Shown here: in pieces, positions 50,452-64,000 of the stretch
Layout of the letters: every line of letters begins with the position of its first letter
Numbering within the stretch: position 1 is the first letter of the stretch
Assembly: GCA_020536535.1 (NCBI GenBank)
Contig: JAHLWZ010000807.1
Coordinates: 1-64,000 of the forward strand
Direction of reading: 5' to 3'
DNA: 64,000 nucleotides
DNA from: Pelomyxa schiedti
Lineage: Eukaryota > Protista > Evosea
Notes under the pieces: generated by a model
What the model was told of the DNA's origin: nothing
The model's database searches: none
The model's input: only the letters and a program-made list of their open reading frames with translations
Made by a program: the position numbers and the translations under genes

Positions 50452-53400
50452 ATGGGGAACCGAAACACTACAACAGGTCACCTGACAAGTGAACACACAG
50501 CGAGGGTGGTTGGATATGAAGAGTTCCAAAAGGCACTGCAAAGCCGGAACGAGTTCTTCACCAGGCTTGGGCAGTCTGCCACCGTAGAAGACGTCCAAAA
50601 GTCACCCGTTAGCGTTGTTGTGGCCAAAAACTTCCGACTTGTGAGGCCAATTTCACACGGTTGCAACGGTACAACCCCCAAAAAGCACACAGAAAAAGGT
50701 TTGTGACTGACTAACAGGGATTGTGTATGAGGTGAAGTGCATTGGAGAGGGACACCCCAAGTTGTTCATGGACCAGTCCTATGTTCTCAAGGCTCCTTTC
50801 AATATCAGTTTCACCACGACAAGTGTTCAGACCGCTTTTGAGGTATCTATTATGTAAAAAAAATACATAATATAATAACTCTTATTCTTTTAAAAGAATA
50901 CAATACAACGACTACTTTCCTTTTTTTTCCCTCCCCCACTTTTGTTTCTTATGCATTCAAGAATGAGTATCTTGTATCTTCAACATTGGAGCCACACCCA
51001 AATATCAATCGATATTTCTGTCACTTCACAGACCGCATCCCACAAGAGTATTACAATCACCTCCCGCCCGTTGCCAAGGAGCTGGCATTTGACAAAGTGC
51101 AGAAGAGGATGCACGCGTGCATGTGGGTGGTCTTTGAGCATCATTCAGAGACCTTGGAGAAATTTTTAAGCAGCATCAACACCCCTATAACACCATGGCC
51201 CATTGTTCACAAGTATTCAAGGGATATTTGCGCGGCTCTGGTGCATCTTTTTTTGAATCACACTATCCACTTTGACCTCAAACTGGACAACATCGTTATA
51301 TCTTCCGTGCGTTGCCTTCCCAGACACTAACAACAATATTTACAATCCCGCACAACTTAACTTAGTCAAGATACTTACAAACAACAGAACAAAGAACAGG
51401 CAATCCTGATTGACCTTGGGTGTGCAAAAAAATTCTCAAGGACAAGAAAGGCATTTGAGATTGATACAGTGTCTCTCATTTCAATAACAGGAAATACAAG
51501 TCACAGAGCACCTGAAATCCTCAACGGCACCGCACGATACAGGCAGGACCCAGACGCCATACCAACGTGGTGCTGTGACAAGGTATTAAGTCCAGATATT
51601 TCATTTTTTTCGACTTTCACCCCCTGAAAACAGCAAGCATCATTTGAACTTGGGTGCATTCTGTTTGAACTCTCCATGTGTGGAAAACACCCTCTCCCAG
51701 GGTACCCTGGGGGTTATGGTCCAGGTGGAAAGGTCACATTTTCATTTGAGAGGGAGGAACTGTTCCCTATGAAACCGACAGATTTCCCAAAGGAGTTCTG
51801 CAACGTCGTCCGTTCGTTACTGCAGTGTGACCCTGAAAAAAGGATGCCTCTGCTGGAGGCATCGGAGGTGCTGTCCAATCTTGAATCACCATGCCCTTCT
51901 GATCTGCTCTCATTTTACACTGGTTTTGTGCCTCTATCGAATGATGCAGGTTGACTTTACAGGTTGAACTGAGTAAATTTACACTGACCCACAAAAACAC
52001 ACAAACAACAGTAATGTTGACAACCAAGGCAACATGTCAGATTCTTTGTGGTGCCACAGAAGACTCGCTTGACACCCTCCATAAAGCCCTGGAAATTGAA
52101 CCGTTGTTTTCGCCTGCTTTGCTGCTTTTGCATTATCTTCATTCTTACCAGCAGAAGTTGGACCATAGCTACGAACAAGCAATTCTCACAGCACTCACAG
52201 GCAGGATGGCCTCATTTACAACCACAGACGTGGAATTTACAAGGGCCATCATCAGCAGGCGGCACAGCGCCACACTCCCTGAATTGGTTTTGGCAGCACT
52301 ATGGACAAAACACATTTCCCACAAGGTTGACGAGTACCGCACCCTCGCAAAGTTGCTTTTGAAGAAGATACCAGAATCAGAGGGTCAGTCTCAACAGCAA
52401 TCAATGGAGTTGAATTACGTTTTCTTGAAGAAGGTTATTGCCACACGAAACGAGACGATGTTGGGTGCACTTCTGCAGTTGGAAGTGGGAAACATTGACT
52501 TTGCCCTCGCGCTTGTGGCCAGTGCATCCTTACAATTCCAATGTGAAATGATGAACTGTCCCAGTGGTGTGTGAATGTCTCTTCCTTTCTTCTCATTCAA
52601 CTATATGAAAGGGGTAGCACAACACTGTGAGTACCTTCCCGCTTTGTTGTTCCTTTATTGTCTCCGTTGTGTTATCAATGACCACTTGTCACTTCAACAA
52701 CACATACCAACTAGCCTGTCAGAGGCTTTTTCTCAGGCGGTCTCCTCCACACTAGAGTCAATGAGAGCTCTGTGCCGGCGGGTTTTGAATGACACAACTA
52801 ACGTTGGTGGGGCAGAGTTCTCTGACCTTGCCACAACAGTAGCATTGAGAGCCAATGTTGATAACCAAACATCAGCCATGATGAGTTCGGAGCAGTCATG
52901 GTCCTGCATGTACTTTGTTGCTTTGTGGAGGACTTTCTGTTCTTCCCATATTCAATGTAAAGGTGCGGCACACATCTGGGAGGAACTGAGTTCAATGACT
53001 CCAGCCTCATCTCAGCCCCACAACATGATGACTGGCAGCGTGGGTGCTTCCTCCCTCACCCGCCTTGGTCTCTGCTATGAACTTGGTGTTGGTGGTGTTC
53101 ACAAGGACTTCAACAAGGCCGTGGAACTGTACCGGAGGGCCGCTGATTCCGGCGACGCCACTGCACTCTGCGTACTTGTTGGTGTGTGTCATCACTGGAA
53201 CGACGAATTCGGGCTGTACGTGAGGGCTGCTGGTGGCATCTACACGCAAGCAGCGTGTCATTGCCATGGCACCCCCCAAGCAGTGACCCTCCTCCAGCAG
53301 GCCTCTGATGCCGGTATTGCGCAGGCGATGAACAACCTTGCTGCATGTTATGAACGCGGATTAGGCGTTGGCAGGGACATCCCCAAGGCTGTGACACTGT

Positions 53401-53585
53401 ACCAGGGGGCTGCTAGCGCAGGTCACGCCGTGGCCATGTACAACCTGGGCGCGTTCTACTTCTATGGCACTGGTGTTGTCAAGGATATGGACAAGGCAGT
53501 GTCACTGTGGCGCAGGGCTGCTCAGCTAGGCAATGAAGAGGCCATTGCTAAACTGAGGGATAACGGGAAAACAGAAAGTGAGTAA
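50452..53585 (+). CDS. PINK1-like protein kinase fused to TPR/Sel1-like repeats
   Basis: MGNRNT start; ISHGCNG|IVYEV, VLK, HPNINRYF, IHFDLKLDNI, LIDLG, HRAPE and FELGCILFEL..HP. Sel1 repeats LGLCYELGVG..DFNKAVELYRRAA, AMNNLAACYERGLGV and AMYNLGAFYFYGTGVVKD. Confidence 0.85.
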
Positions 53586-53838
53586 CGTGGGTGTTCCACA
53601 CATTCTGATTATTGCTAGTTGCTTGCGTGACTACAATGAATTCTGTAATAAACTTTGTGTGTTTGTACTCGCTTTCTCCCTTACTACACAAGTAAAACAA
53701 CAACCATCAACACCCCAGTGTGGTGGTAACTACCCAAACCCAATCCACCTCGGCACACCATGGCTCATAAATAAGGAGAAACTCGGGTGCAATGGTTCGT
53801 GTATTTTTTCTTTCAAAGAAAAAAAACAAAGGCTGGTT

Positions 53839-56800
53839 TTAGTGGTCAGAGGTGGGGGAGGGCTTGTCCTTGGTGGCGAGGAGGTTGTAGAGGTTTACTA
53901 CGTGCTTCATTTTGATTGATTGTGGGAATAACTTGACCCACGGCTCGTTCTCCAGCTCTGGCATTAGAGTCAGTGCATCATTCAGTGGTACTTCCTGGTA
54001 CAACAGTTAGAATGACAAATTCGGGGCAAATTTGATGTATTGCGGGATGTTGCTGGGAGAACGGTTTGTTTGTTTGCGTACCATTCCCATGTTGGTGGAA
54101 GAGCTTAGAATATTGACAATAAACTCTTTCACTGCGGACAAGAAAAGTTCGAGATTGGCGGCTCGAAGGAAGCCATTTAGTTCTGCTACAAGTGATGGCT
54201 GTGCGGGAGTGGTTTTCAGGTTAAAAATTTGTCAACTTGATGGTGGAGTACCTCGAGTGGGGACTTGTACTTGGATGGGACCTGTTCAAATGGATCCACA
54301 ATAAGTTTTTGTTCAAGTGCATTCCACAGGGAAACTAGATGGCACAACTGAACGCTCTTTCCTGTTGTCCATATTAGTTGCGTCCCAGGTATGAAAGGAG
54401 AACCAATAGTTGTAGATTCCGCAAACTCTGGCTGTTGCCCGAGAAGAAGCGTTTCTTCCAAATAAACACGCAGCAGAACATCGCCAGGTATTTGTTTTAC
54501 ATGTGCCCCACCTATTCCTCTTTACTTACAAACAATAAAATGGTCCATGCACACCAGTTGCTGAAAGGAACCCTACACAAATTTCAATTACTTGAAGGCA
54601 GTGGCGCATAGATGCTGGGCTCCCTAGCTCTTGAAGTATCTTCCTCTTATGTTCTTTTTCCGTTGTTATAACGGGGAAAAAAACCGTAGTGGAGTTCGAC
54701 CTGGGGGCAGTTCCACTTGGGCAATACGGTGCTTCAAACCCGCCAGTGCTCCTGTTGTTCTGCTTTCATTCGCGAAGTTAAACTTTCGTATCTCAAGGTC
54801 AATGAATGGTTTTCCCAGCAGAACGTTATCAATCAAACTTTGTTCGATCCTTTTCATTGTTGTTAGAAATATGTTTTTGAAGGTTAACTAACCTCTCCAA
54901 GTTATAATTCACTTCAGACCCACTACCAAATTGCAAAGATTGTTCTGCCTGCATTAGAAGCACAGGAACAATTTGCCTCTCCATATCGTAGGAAATCACA
55001 TGTGAATCATTGAGCATGAAACTCGAGACCTGAGAAACTGAGAAAAGTTTGTTTTTTCTTAGAGTACCTCATAACGCTCGCCGGAGGAGGATTGGTCTCT
55101 TGTGGTAAGTTGCCTCAGTTGTTCCACGAACCGATTATGCAAATTCACCATATATGCGGTAAATGAGAGGGGGCCTAAAGGAGATGTAAGTGGTGGGGCG
55201 CGACGGAAGCCGTACATATCCCCTCATCACGCTCGTCAGGGAGGAAAAAGCACAAGGGAGTCTAAAAGTGTGGGTTAGATACAATAAAACAAAAGGAGAC
55301 TACATTTTCATCGACTCGGACGTCACGAAAGATCTTGGGGATTTCCATGCACACATAACGGTCAACGTAGCACCAAGAATCATTCCAAGCAGTAGAAAAT
55401 CCATCAAAGACTTAAAGAAGTGATGAGTTAAGGTTGATCATTGAGTGGAGTACCTTCTTTCCATTTATGTTTTTGGTCGGGAGGAAGTTCAGAAATGATA
55501 CTCCCGATTGAGTTGTCACGAGCCCATTGCCTTTTTTTTATTGTTTGCATTGTATTATTGAACACTTGTGAACCTGTCAATACGCCTGTCAAAACGGACA
55601 CAGAGCATTCTTTGCAACTCCAAAACTAAGGGAAGGTACCTGTAATGTTTTTTTTTTAGTGACTATCAAAATAGATATGAAAACCTCAAGCAACGAAGCT
55701 TTTTCTCCTCTGCAAGGAACAAATGGAGAATAGGGAATGTAGTTTTGTTGGTTGCATTAAGGGCAAATTGTGACTGTAAATGGTTGATGGAGACAGTTGT
55801 CCTATCTGGTTTGATTGATAAGCGAATTGAGTGAAGGAGCGAAGTGTGTACATCGCCATAAAGAAGCAAGGGTTTTCGTTTTTGGTTCAAGAGCTTCAAA
55901 CGCTGCAGAAGTTTCACCCATTTCTGCAATAAGACTATCATCACTCTTGTTGGCGCTTTTCACATTGTTAAAGTGGAAAAAAGTAGAACATGCAAAGGTA
56001 CTTGTAGTATTGTAGTAGAGCTTTCTGTGGATCTGATACAAAGCGGTTAATATAATTGTCCCTGAAGTGCAATTCCCACTGGGTCCGTTGCTCCTTGGTA
56101 GCCAAAGGGCTGTACGGCATTTCACTCCCGGTATCTGTATCGGAGCCATAGGCCTTGTGCAGTTTGTTAGGTGAAAGACACAGCCAACCCTTCTCTTCCC
56201 TTCACTTTTATTACCTCAATTATCAGGTGCAACAGCATGGCTGTATCCTCATCTGAGAGCTTAAGAATCTTACACAATGCTTCCCAGTCTCCCAAAATAT
56301 GCTCTGCGACAAACGTTATAATATCGAGATCCGACTGCTTTGGTTGAATAAGAGCTGAAACCTATAAAGGGACATGAGACAATGAAGAATAGTCTTACAA
56401 ACGAACTTGAGACTTCAAAGAAGCGTCAAGTAGCGAAGAAACAAATAGCACAGAGTGAAGAAGTAAATGTATTATGCGATAAACAACAGGAGCAAGCTCG
56501 CGCTGGCTATGTGCTTCTGTAGACCCTCCTTCTTCTGCCGCTCGTCCTCCAATATACCTGGTGGTCACAGTGAAAGTGAGAAGGATATGAGACACACAAA
56601 CCCTGGTAAGGTTTTATCAATTTTCTCAGCTTTTGTATTTGTGGGATCAAGAACGTGATCAAGACCACCAATTTTAGCTCCACACGTTGGACATTTGTAC
56701 TCCTGGCATGGCCGTCCACATTCACTAACATAATATGCGTGTCCTTGTGGGCATTCATACCAGCCACCGCCGAGTACGGCTGGAGTACTGAATTTATTTT

Positions 56801-59800
56801 AAGGTTTGGGGGTGTTAAAACTAACCCATCAGTGCTTGCCGCATATCAGAGGGCATTGTTGGTAGGAATACAGTTTTTAAAGAAGCTGGTTCATACAGTG
56901 CCTTTTGGAGTAAGCTTCCACGTTTCCTCAACCCAATAACTACAGCAACAATGTGGTAAATGACGCTCAACATTTGTACAGAAGATGGAGTGGACTGTGG
57001 TGACACTTGGAATTGTGGTGGTGCCGCTGAAAGTTGGGGAATGATATTTGTGGAAAGCATAGTTAAAAGGCAAAGGGATGGTGGTTCCAGTGATGACGCT
57101 TGATTTGAGATCCATGCAGTGATTGCACTGGCTTCATCCGGAGGTCTCGGCATTGTATGCAGGAGAGTCACCTGATGGAAGTTAAGTACTACATCAGGTC
57201 ATCGGATTCACCTCTTGGAAGGTCGCTAGAACAAGAAGTTTATTCTTTTGAGGTCCAGAGGACCTGCCATATAAAGCAGAAAGGTTCCTAAGGCTTCCAT
57301 CAACAGCTTTACGCATGGAATCCGCCATTTGCAGATATCCAACTTCCATTCCAAAAGGGTCAGCCTGGTAGTGGAATATTAAGTGTGAAGATTACACTGA
57401 ACGGTACTTGAAACAAGTGCCTCTTACGAAGGAAACGTTTAACCCGTACATCTTGGCACCATGCTGTAACCCAGTTGTTCTGTCTGTTAATAGAAGGACT
57501 AAAAATAGATGGAAATTAGATCGTAATATATATATATAGGTAAACCTTTGCAACAGCGATTGCGCAAATCCGATCCCCTTGCGTTTTACAACCAACTTGA
57601 GGAAATAGACATGTACATTTGGGGTATCATAAGGAAGAAGCATTAGTCTGTCTGCTTCAGCACACAGTGGCTGGAGAGCTGGTACGCCTTGCTCGTGAGT
57701 TGCAATAAGATGTGTAGCCAGAACACCAAGGAAAAATCTCAATTTTCCGATTGCCTCCAGTTTTTCCACAGTCCGACAACCCACAGAGGTATCCACCAAC
57801 TGAGTTGGAGAAATTGTAGATGCAACGTCCTTTGCAAATTTCAGAGTTTGGCCCCCAGAAAGCCCATTGGATTGTTCGAGCAAAAGGTCTTCAACGACCT
57901 TTTTTTCAAAAAGAATTTGTAAAAAGCACAAGCAAGTACATGAAAACCTGTGCAAATAAAATATAGGGAACAGAGTTCTTGGGCAGGGGTGTGAGATGTG
58001 CTTCAATTTTGTGCATTAGACCTGAGTAGATAGGACTGGTCTTTGGGGTGCTAAAATTTTGAGATGCCAAAGGTATAACGTGTTAAGTTCGTACCTTAAA
58101 AATATGCGAAGTAAGAACGCTTTTAGCCTGGTGGATGCTACTATATGTGGCTTGCCCTGTAATGCTTTCTCCACTACTGTCTGCAGTAACTTGTAGTAAT
58201 CATCTAACAGTACAATGAACTCACGATTTCAGAGATTTATGCTTACCAGCAGCAGGAAGTTTCGTTGTTCCTTGTGGTGGTTGTGCTGGTGGAGGTGCTG
58301 AGAATGAAAACAGAGAGGAAAAAGTAGAAGACGGGATCACGGATGGAGGTGGTGTCTGAATTGAGGGAGAGGAATCCACAGAAGGAATAAAAAGGCTATG
58401 TCTATCAGTGAGCAGCAAGAGAATCTCCTCCAAAAGATTTTCTGTTTTTTTCCCCCCTTTTTGTAAAGAACAAAAAAGAATGTAAAAAAACCTTCAATAG
58501 TTTCCAATCTTGCTGATTCTTGTAATAGATATTCTGAAACAAATAGTTCAAAGAGCATACTGCAACGAACAAGGGCGTTCAATGAGGTTTTGCAGAGAGG
58601 AATAAGGTAACTACAAACAGTTAGGTTGACGTAAAGCTATACAAACATACTGAATCAGTTTTGTGAAGGTGTCAAAATTGAAGTTTGTGCTGGACGAAAG
58701 TGTTCGATAGAACTCAACTGACGTTTCACCTGTCATTTTTAGCGGTACACTTACATCGCGTGCAAACGCTCTTGTTAGCAGTAGAGCTCGCCACTTGTTA
58801 GCTTGAATCACGTGTGCTAAGCAGTGGTGAGATTTTACAAATCTTACTTGAATTTATTGTTTGTGAAACCTTGGGTTCTGCCTAAGGCAAGCAGACTTTC
58901 TACACTAGGTCTGCTTGCCGCCAGAGCAGCTGTCCATTTATTTAACGCTGCCACCGAGACTAGAATGGACTGAGTTGGGGCTAGTGTGTTGATAACTATT
59001 TCTATCAGGCAACAATCCAGACTCTCGATTGTGAATTCCCTCTCTCCCAGTCTGTCAAAGGATGCAAAGAATTGGTTCACCACCGCTGAGCCAAATTGAT
59101 CCAACAAAAGAAAGATGTGTTTCAGGCGGGATTTATTTGCCCAAAATGCTGAGTGAATCTGTACAAGATCTGTGGGTTGTGCACCAATGTGCTTCAGTAG
59201 AATTGCCGAATTTATTCGTTGCTGCATGACTGGATCAAGTTTTGTAGGCCAACAAACGATATTGATGAAATCATGCATATATTCTGCAAGGAAAGTGGAG
59301 TCTAAGAATTCCTCAGAAAGGAGTCCAGGGAAGGTGCTCTTTAAAAGTCTTTGAACGGACTCCACTAAGCTAAGTAGCAAGTCACTAACAACTACGTTCT
59401 TTACATAAATTACCTTCCCGGGAGTTTTTCAGCATCAACTTTAAGCACCTCTATCGTGTGACAGAGGATAAAACTGATTTTAACAAGTGAGTTGTAGTGT
59501 TAAAAACCTACTTTTACCTGAAAGGAAACCTAGCAGAGAAGCGCCCAGACTTTCCATCACATACAACATCATAACGACTGCCCCCAAATATCAGTCCTTC
59601 AAGGCTACAGAACAGCCGATTTGTAAACATGGATAACCACATGGAACGTCTCTTATTGGCAAGTCTCTTATCCTCTGAAACGTTTTAGTTTATTTCCTCA
59701 AAGCACAGAGTTCACCAACCTTTATTTGCAGTTTTTGACTTTTCTGTTACATAACACCGGTGGTAGATTTTCAAATTACTATTTCTTTCCAGTAATGACA

Positions 59801-62800
59801 ACATGTGTGAGAAGACATCAGAAACTGCAAGTGTTTAGATTCCCAAACAATAGTTAAATACCCACCAAGTCCAGCGAGATGCTGGTATAGAGCTTCTTGG
59901 AATGAAGTACAAGCCGAAATGATATTAGCTGAGGAAGCAACAGTCTCCTGCCATGAAATCTGACCACTACTTTCAGCAGACCTCATTGAGACAGCCTTTT
60001 CCACCAATTCAAAAAGCTTACAGTATTGGTTAACAAACTGCCATGGCAAGTACCCCATACCCGTTTTTCCAGGGCGGTCAAAAATTCAGAGTCCTCAAAT
60101 AGACCTAGCATGCTCTCGATTTGGTCTTGAATATCATCAGAAGACCTATTTCTTTCTGTAAGCAAACACTAAAGGAGAAGAAAGAACCTCTGGTAGGGAT
60201 AGATCAATTTTGCAAGGCAGCTTCTGAAATTCATGGAGAGAATTGGCTTGATTTGCATGCTTCTCAATAAGTCCATCTCTGTGCCTCTCAGCAATTCTAT
60301 TACAGGGGGAATGTGTGTTCCAGATAACTTGATGTCATCGAGTTGAAGATGCAACCAATTCCTGTCCCACTCGAAGTTGAAAACAGTGGCAGAGGCCCGA
60401 TTGAGGTGAACCATAATTACTACATGCTTGCGGGGAACTGAAGAAGAACCAGAATGCCTTTTTGTGAAGAGAGCTCTTTCTTTCTCACAGATATATTTTG
60501 CGTGGTTTATCCGTTGAATTGAGGTTGCAGTGGGATCACATTGAATTACAAGCATCCCTATTCGAATTTAGAAGTAGGTAGTTTCAGTACAAATAATACC
60601 TGAAGAGTCAGAGGATGCAAAGAAAGACTGTGTCAAAGAAGACAGCTCATTGGAACTAGTCAATTCATGCAACTTCACTGAAGAAATAGCAAGCCTTTTT
60701 TTGCGCTGTTAACTTTGTGGTGAAGAAGGAGAAGACTACTGTTTGAGGAGTTCAGGGGATGATGCTGAAACAGACTTGGAGATATCGTCAGATACAGGAG
60801 AGAAAGTGAGAACCACAAGCAGCAAGCCAAAGGCATCCTTCCAGTATTGCTTTTTTATTTCCTCAAACCTGCAATGTGTCACCACTGATGTGAGATGTAT
60901 GGAATACTTTTTCGTTAATTCGCTTTGGCGGTCAACTTCACTTTGCTTCTGTTTAACTTGTTCTTCTCTGATTTTTTTTTCAATTTCCGCCTTCAAGTTG
61001 GCCAGCTGTTGGCGTTGTTCTTCTGGCGTCCCAGACTTTTGAAAGATATTTTTTTTGGTTGGAGGGAATGGGGGGTCAAAGATAAGGTTGGTGTAATCTG
61101 ATGCTAACCATTGCATCAGCTTTGGGCTTTACAGCTTCGAAATGTGATTCTATTCGCATGTTCAATTCCGCATCTTGTTGTTCTGTTGTCTGGGCGAATA
61201 TGTTTCTTCACAAAGTCATGCGGAAATACTTACCATGGTCGGAACAGTACTACCTGGCTCTGATGGAGATGAAAGGTTATATGTAACCATAAACATTTGT
61301 AGCAAGGCCCCCAAGCTGGAGTGAACTTGTTCCTGGAAGTACATATGGCGTAGATCACGTGGAAGTCCTAGTGTTTCACTTGCCCGGAGTGCCCGCACAA
61401 CACCCTCTGGACGTGCAACCCATAGCAATGCTTCACCATAATTAGTGCTAGTGAGAATCAATCGCACTACCATCTATGGCCGCATAGAATAGAACTTCTT
61501 CATCGGCAGTGTTAAACTTAGATGATACATCTAGAACAAGAGAGGCCAGTGAGTCATCAGATAAGCTTGAAACGAAAGCGTCATGAATGTGGTACTTCTT
61601 CTCTTTGCAACTCCCCTTGATGCGGGTGATTATTTGGGTACTGAACGGGAAAAAAAAACATTTGTGAAGTGATTTATCCACGCCCTAAGTCTGGATACAA
61701 GCAGTTGTTGCTTCGATGTTAGCAAATCTTGCCTAGTCAATACCTTGAGCTTGTTAGAAAGTGGGGGAAAAAAAAGCCATACTTGTTTTTCAAATCTGTT
61801 TAAGAGAGGTGGAGCCAAGCGATGGAAGGCATCCTCAGCGTCAACAACCACTATACACTTGAAGTCATTGTGTACAGGGCAAAGCCTACTGTGAGTCCCT
61901 AATGCAAGGCGTACATATCTGCCAAATATCAAAATATGAAACTTCCAGAACATGACTACCTTTGTCCTTCGTATGTTGTATAGTGCTGATTCAACATATC
62001 GTAGAGTGATTCCATAAGATTTTCCGAGTGAATCAAAACAACTGCGCGACCGTCCGCCATACATGCTTTGATACTAATAACATCAATGGTGGCTAATTTG
62101 AGTAGTGCAGAAGAACCTTTGTACGTTTTGGCAAACTACCAAGTCTGATTGGTCAGCAGGAAAATCACTCCCAAATAGTACGACAGCTTTATCTAAATTG
62201 ACAATTTCTCTTTCAAAGAGTATTTGAAGTGCCGAGTCATTTCTTGTTAGAAGCTGGTGAGAGTTAAAGGAAAAGGATATATCCTTCCAGCCAGATAGTA
62301 CCATTAAGTGGCGTGCATTCCTGTCTGCTAAGTTGGATTTTATCAATTCAAGAACCATGGCATGCTGTGAACCAAAGTGGGCAAGTGCTGTGTGATAGTC
62401 CAGGCCCACACGGGAGAAAAACTGACGTAAAATTGCCGGAAGTTCCTCAGTACGACCACCTGGCAGAGTTTAATGACGAAAATATAAGGATGGAAAAATG
62501 GCTCACCAAAGTTACGGCAAATACCATGAAGGAGTAAATCTGTCAGATTATGTAAAGGGTGGGAAAAGAAGAGGGAGCATACCAGCAGTTACTGACTGGT
62601 CCAAATTTCGGTGCAAAAATTTAATTAGAGAATAAAAATCTCTCAATCCAAAGAAATCTCTTGTGTTCTGCTTTTTGTAGACATTATAGTAGGACTCGGC
62701 CAGGGCATGCAAGCTCGCCATCAGATGTTGGCTTGAAACAATACCTTGGGCAGTGACTCTTAAATCTTCAACTGTTGGCTCTGGGCGAGTGAGGGTGACC

Positions 62801-64000
62801 TAGGAGATGATGAAAAAAGTCTCAACATGGTAACAGGCATACAGCTCGATTCATCTTGGCAAGGTCAAGGCACCAACTGCGCCGTGTGTTAGAATATAGA
62901 ATAGGATTCATTTAAACATACTTGCTTATACCAACAACAGCCACCTCGGGTTCTTCTAATAGTTTATGGAGGACTTTCAGGGGCAGATGTGGGCTTTGTT
63001 CTGCTAGCCCAACCTCATCCAAAAGAACAACTACACAAGTGTTTGATGTACTATTTTGATACTTAATTGCATGTTGGAATGTCTGCTCGATGCCTGATCG
63101 TGGTGAGAAATGGCTGGAAAAAAATCCTTGGTGATGTGTTACCTTGAGGAGTACTCAAAGGGCTACACTGATATGAAAACACCTCAACCGCAGGGAAATC
63201 ATGGAAAAATGCTCTTGCTGATGTTTTTCCGTTCAGATTAGCAGCAATAAGTTCCATTGCGAGGGACTTCGAGCTCCCTGGTTTTCCAACCACCTTGAAA
63301 GAAAATCGATTAAAAAATCAGTCAAGTTCAGAGGACAGCTACATATATGGGAATCCGATTAAGGATGCAGACAAGGATCATGAAAATATTTTCACTTAAG
63401 TATGATCAGATATAAGGTTCAACAGCATTGAAAGCATACCACAGTGCTTCGTTGAGAGCAATTCCTTCTCCTGGGCACATTTGTTTCACGTAAAATTGTT
63501 GCTCAGCATTGAGGAACTGTGTAAATTCGTTTCTTGCAAGGCAAATTTCCCGTGGACCCATTTTATGCATGACTGAGGCAACCAGCTCACGATACTCTGC
63601 ACGTTTATCACTGTTTTTGTAGTCCAGTTGGTATTTCCACAAGTTAAAAGAAATTCACCTGAGACGAGAATGATAACAGTGAGCAAGGGATAGAACAAGA
63701 GAGCGGGTGATAATTTCTGGAACAGAAAGTTCTCTTCCTTGAGAAACTTTTTGTTGAAACAGACTTCGTTGGAACCTAGAGGTTGTCAGAGGAAAATTAA
63801 ACAGTGAATTCAACCAGCTATAGAGTTTGATGCAGCGAGTTACATCTCGCAGACTAACATTCCCATTTGGTCCTAGGTCACCATTTCTAATGAAGGACTG
63901 TGAAGCTGAAATCTAAAGAACTCAGCAGAGAAAGAACCAAAGTTATAGTACCAGCTCAGAAAAGAGCCTACAAACAGGAGGTGCTCTAAATTCTATACTC
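53839..64000 (-). CDS. RNF213: RNF213 (mysterin)-like giant AAA+ ATPase / RZ-finger E3 ligase; 5' end lies beyond the window
   Basis: VSLRDV, VGKPGSSKSLAM, YQCSPLST, LLDEVGLAEQSPHLPLKVLH, GISNW.LD.AKMNRA, FGLRDFY, ARHLM, FGSDFPAD, YDLLNQHY, VRLALG..CPVH..PPLLNRFEK. RZ finger YECPQGHAYYVSECGRP..CPTCGAKIGGLDH at 56655-56762. The C-terminal exon ends ..FPQSIKMKH..TSDH, stop at 53839. Confidence 0.88.

Overview
Eukaryotic protist genomic DNA with densely packed genes, many short (about 40-60 nt) GT-AG introns and the standard code. Gene families and style suggest a free-living amoeba such as the archamoeba Pelomyxa (inference only). From left to right: (1) a CpG-stripped decayed region with a 69-bp hairpin and a repeat-derived, intron-like non-coding stretch (0-5 kb); (2) a tandem array of three P-loop GTPase/Zn-knuckle paralogues whose C-termini are swapped between an ADP-ribosyltransferase (ART) fold (copies A and C) and a caspase-like Peptidase C14 fold (copy B, visible only after splicing), all lacking catalytic residues and bracketed by two copies of a short repeat (5.3-13.9 kb); (3) an M28 peptidase, an atypical small GTPase, GCN5, a WW-DH-PH RhoGEF, an N-terminally extended actin-like protein, TEP1, a Roco protein with a pseudokinase, an EF-hand TKL kinase, a Rab11-like GTPase, a RING-TRAF-Gly-rich protein, a beta-helix/Cys-rich surface protein and a kinase-Sel1 protein; (4) the 3' part of an RNF213-like AAA+ E3 ligase with an intact RZ finger. 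The main candidate for an undescribed system is the GTPase array with interchangeable pseudo-enzyme tails. All gene models were spliced by eye and domain calls rest on motif recognition, not database searches.
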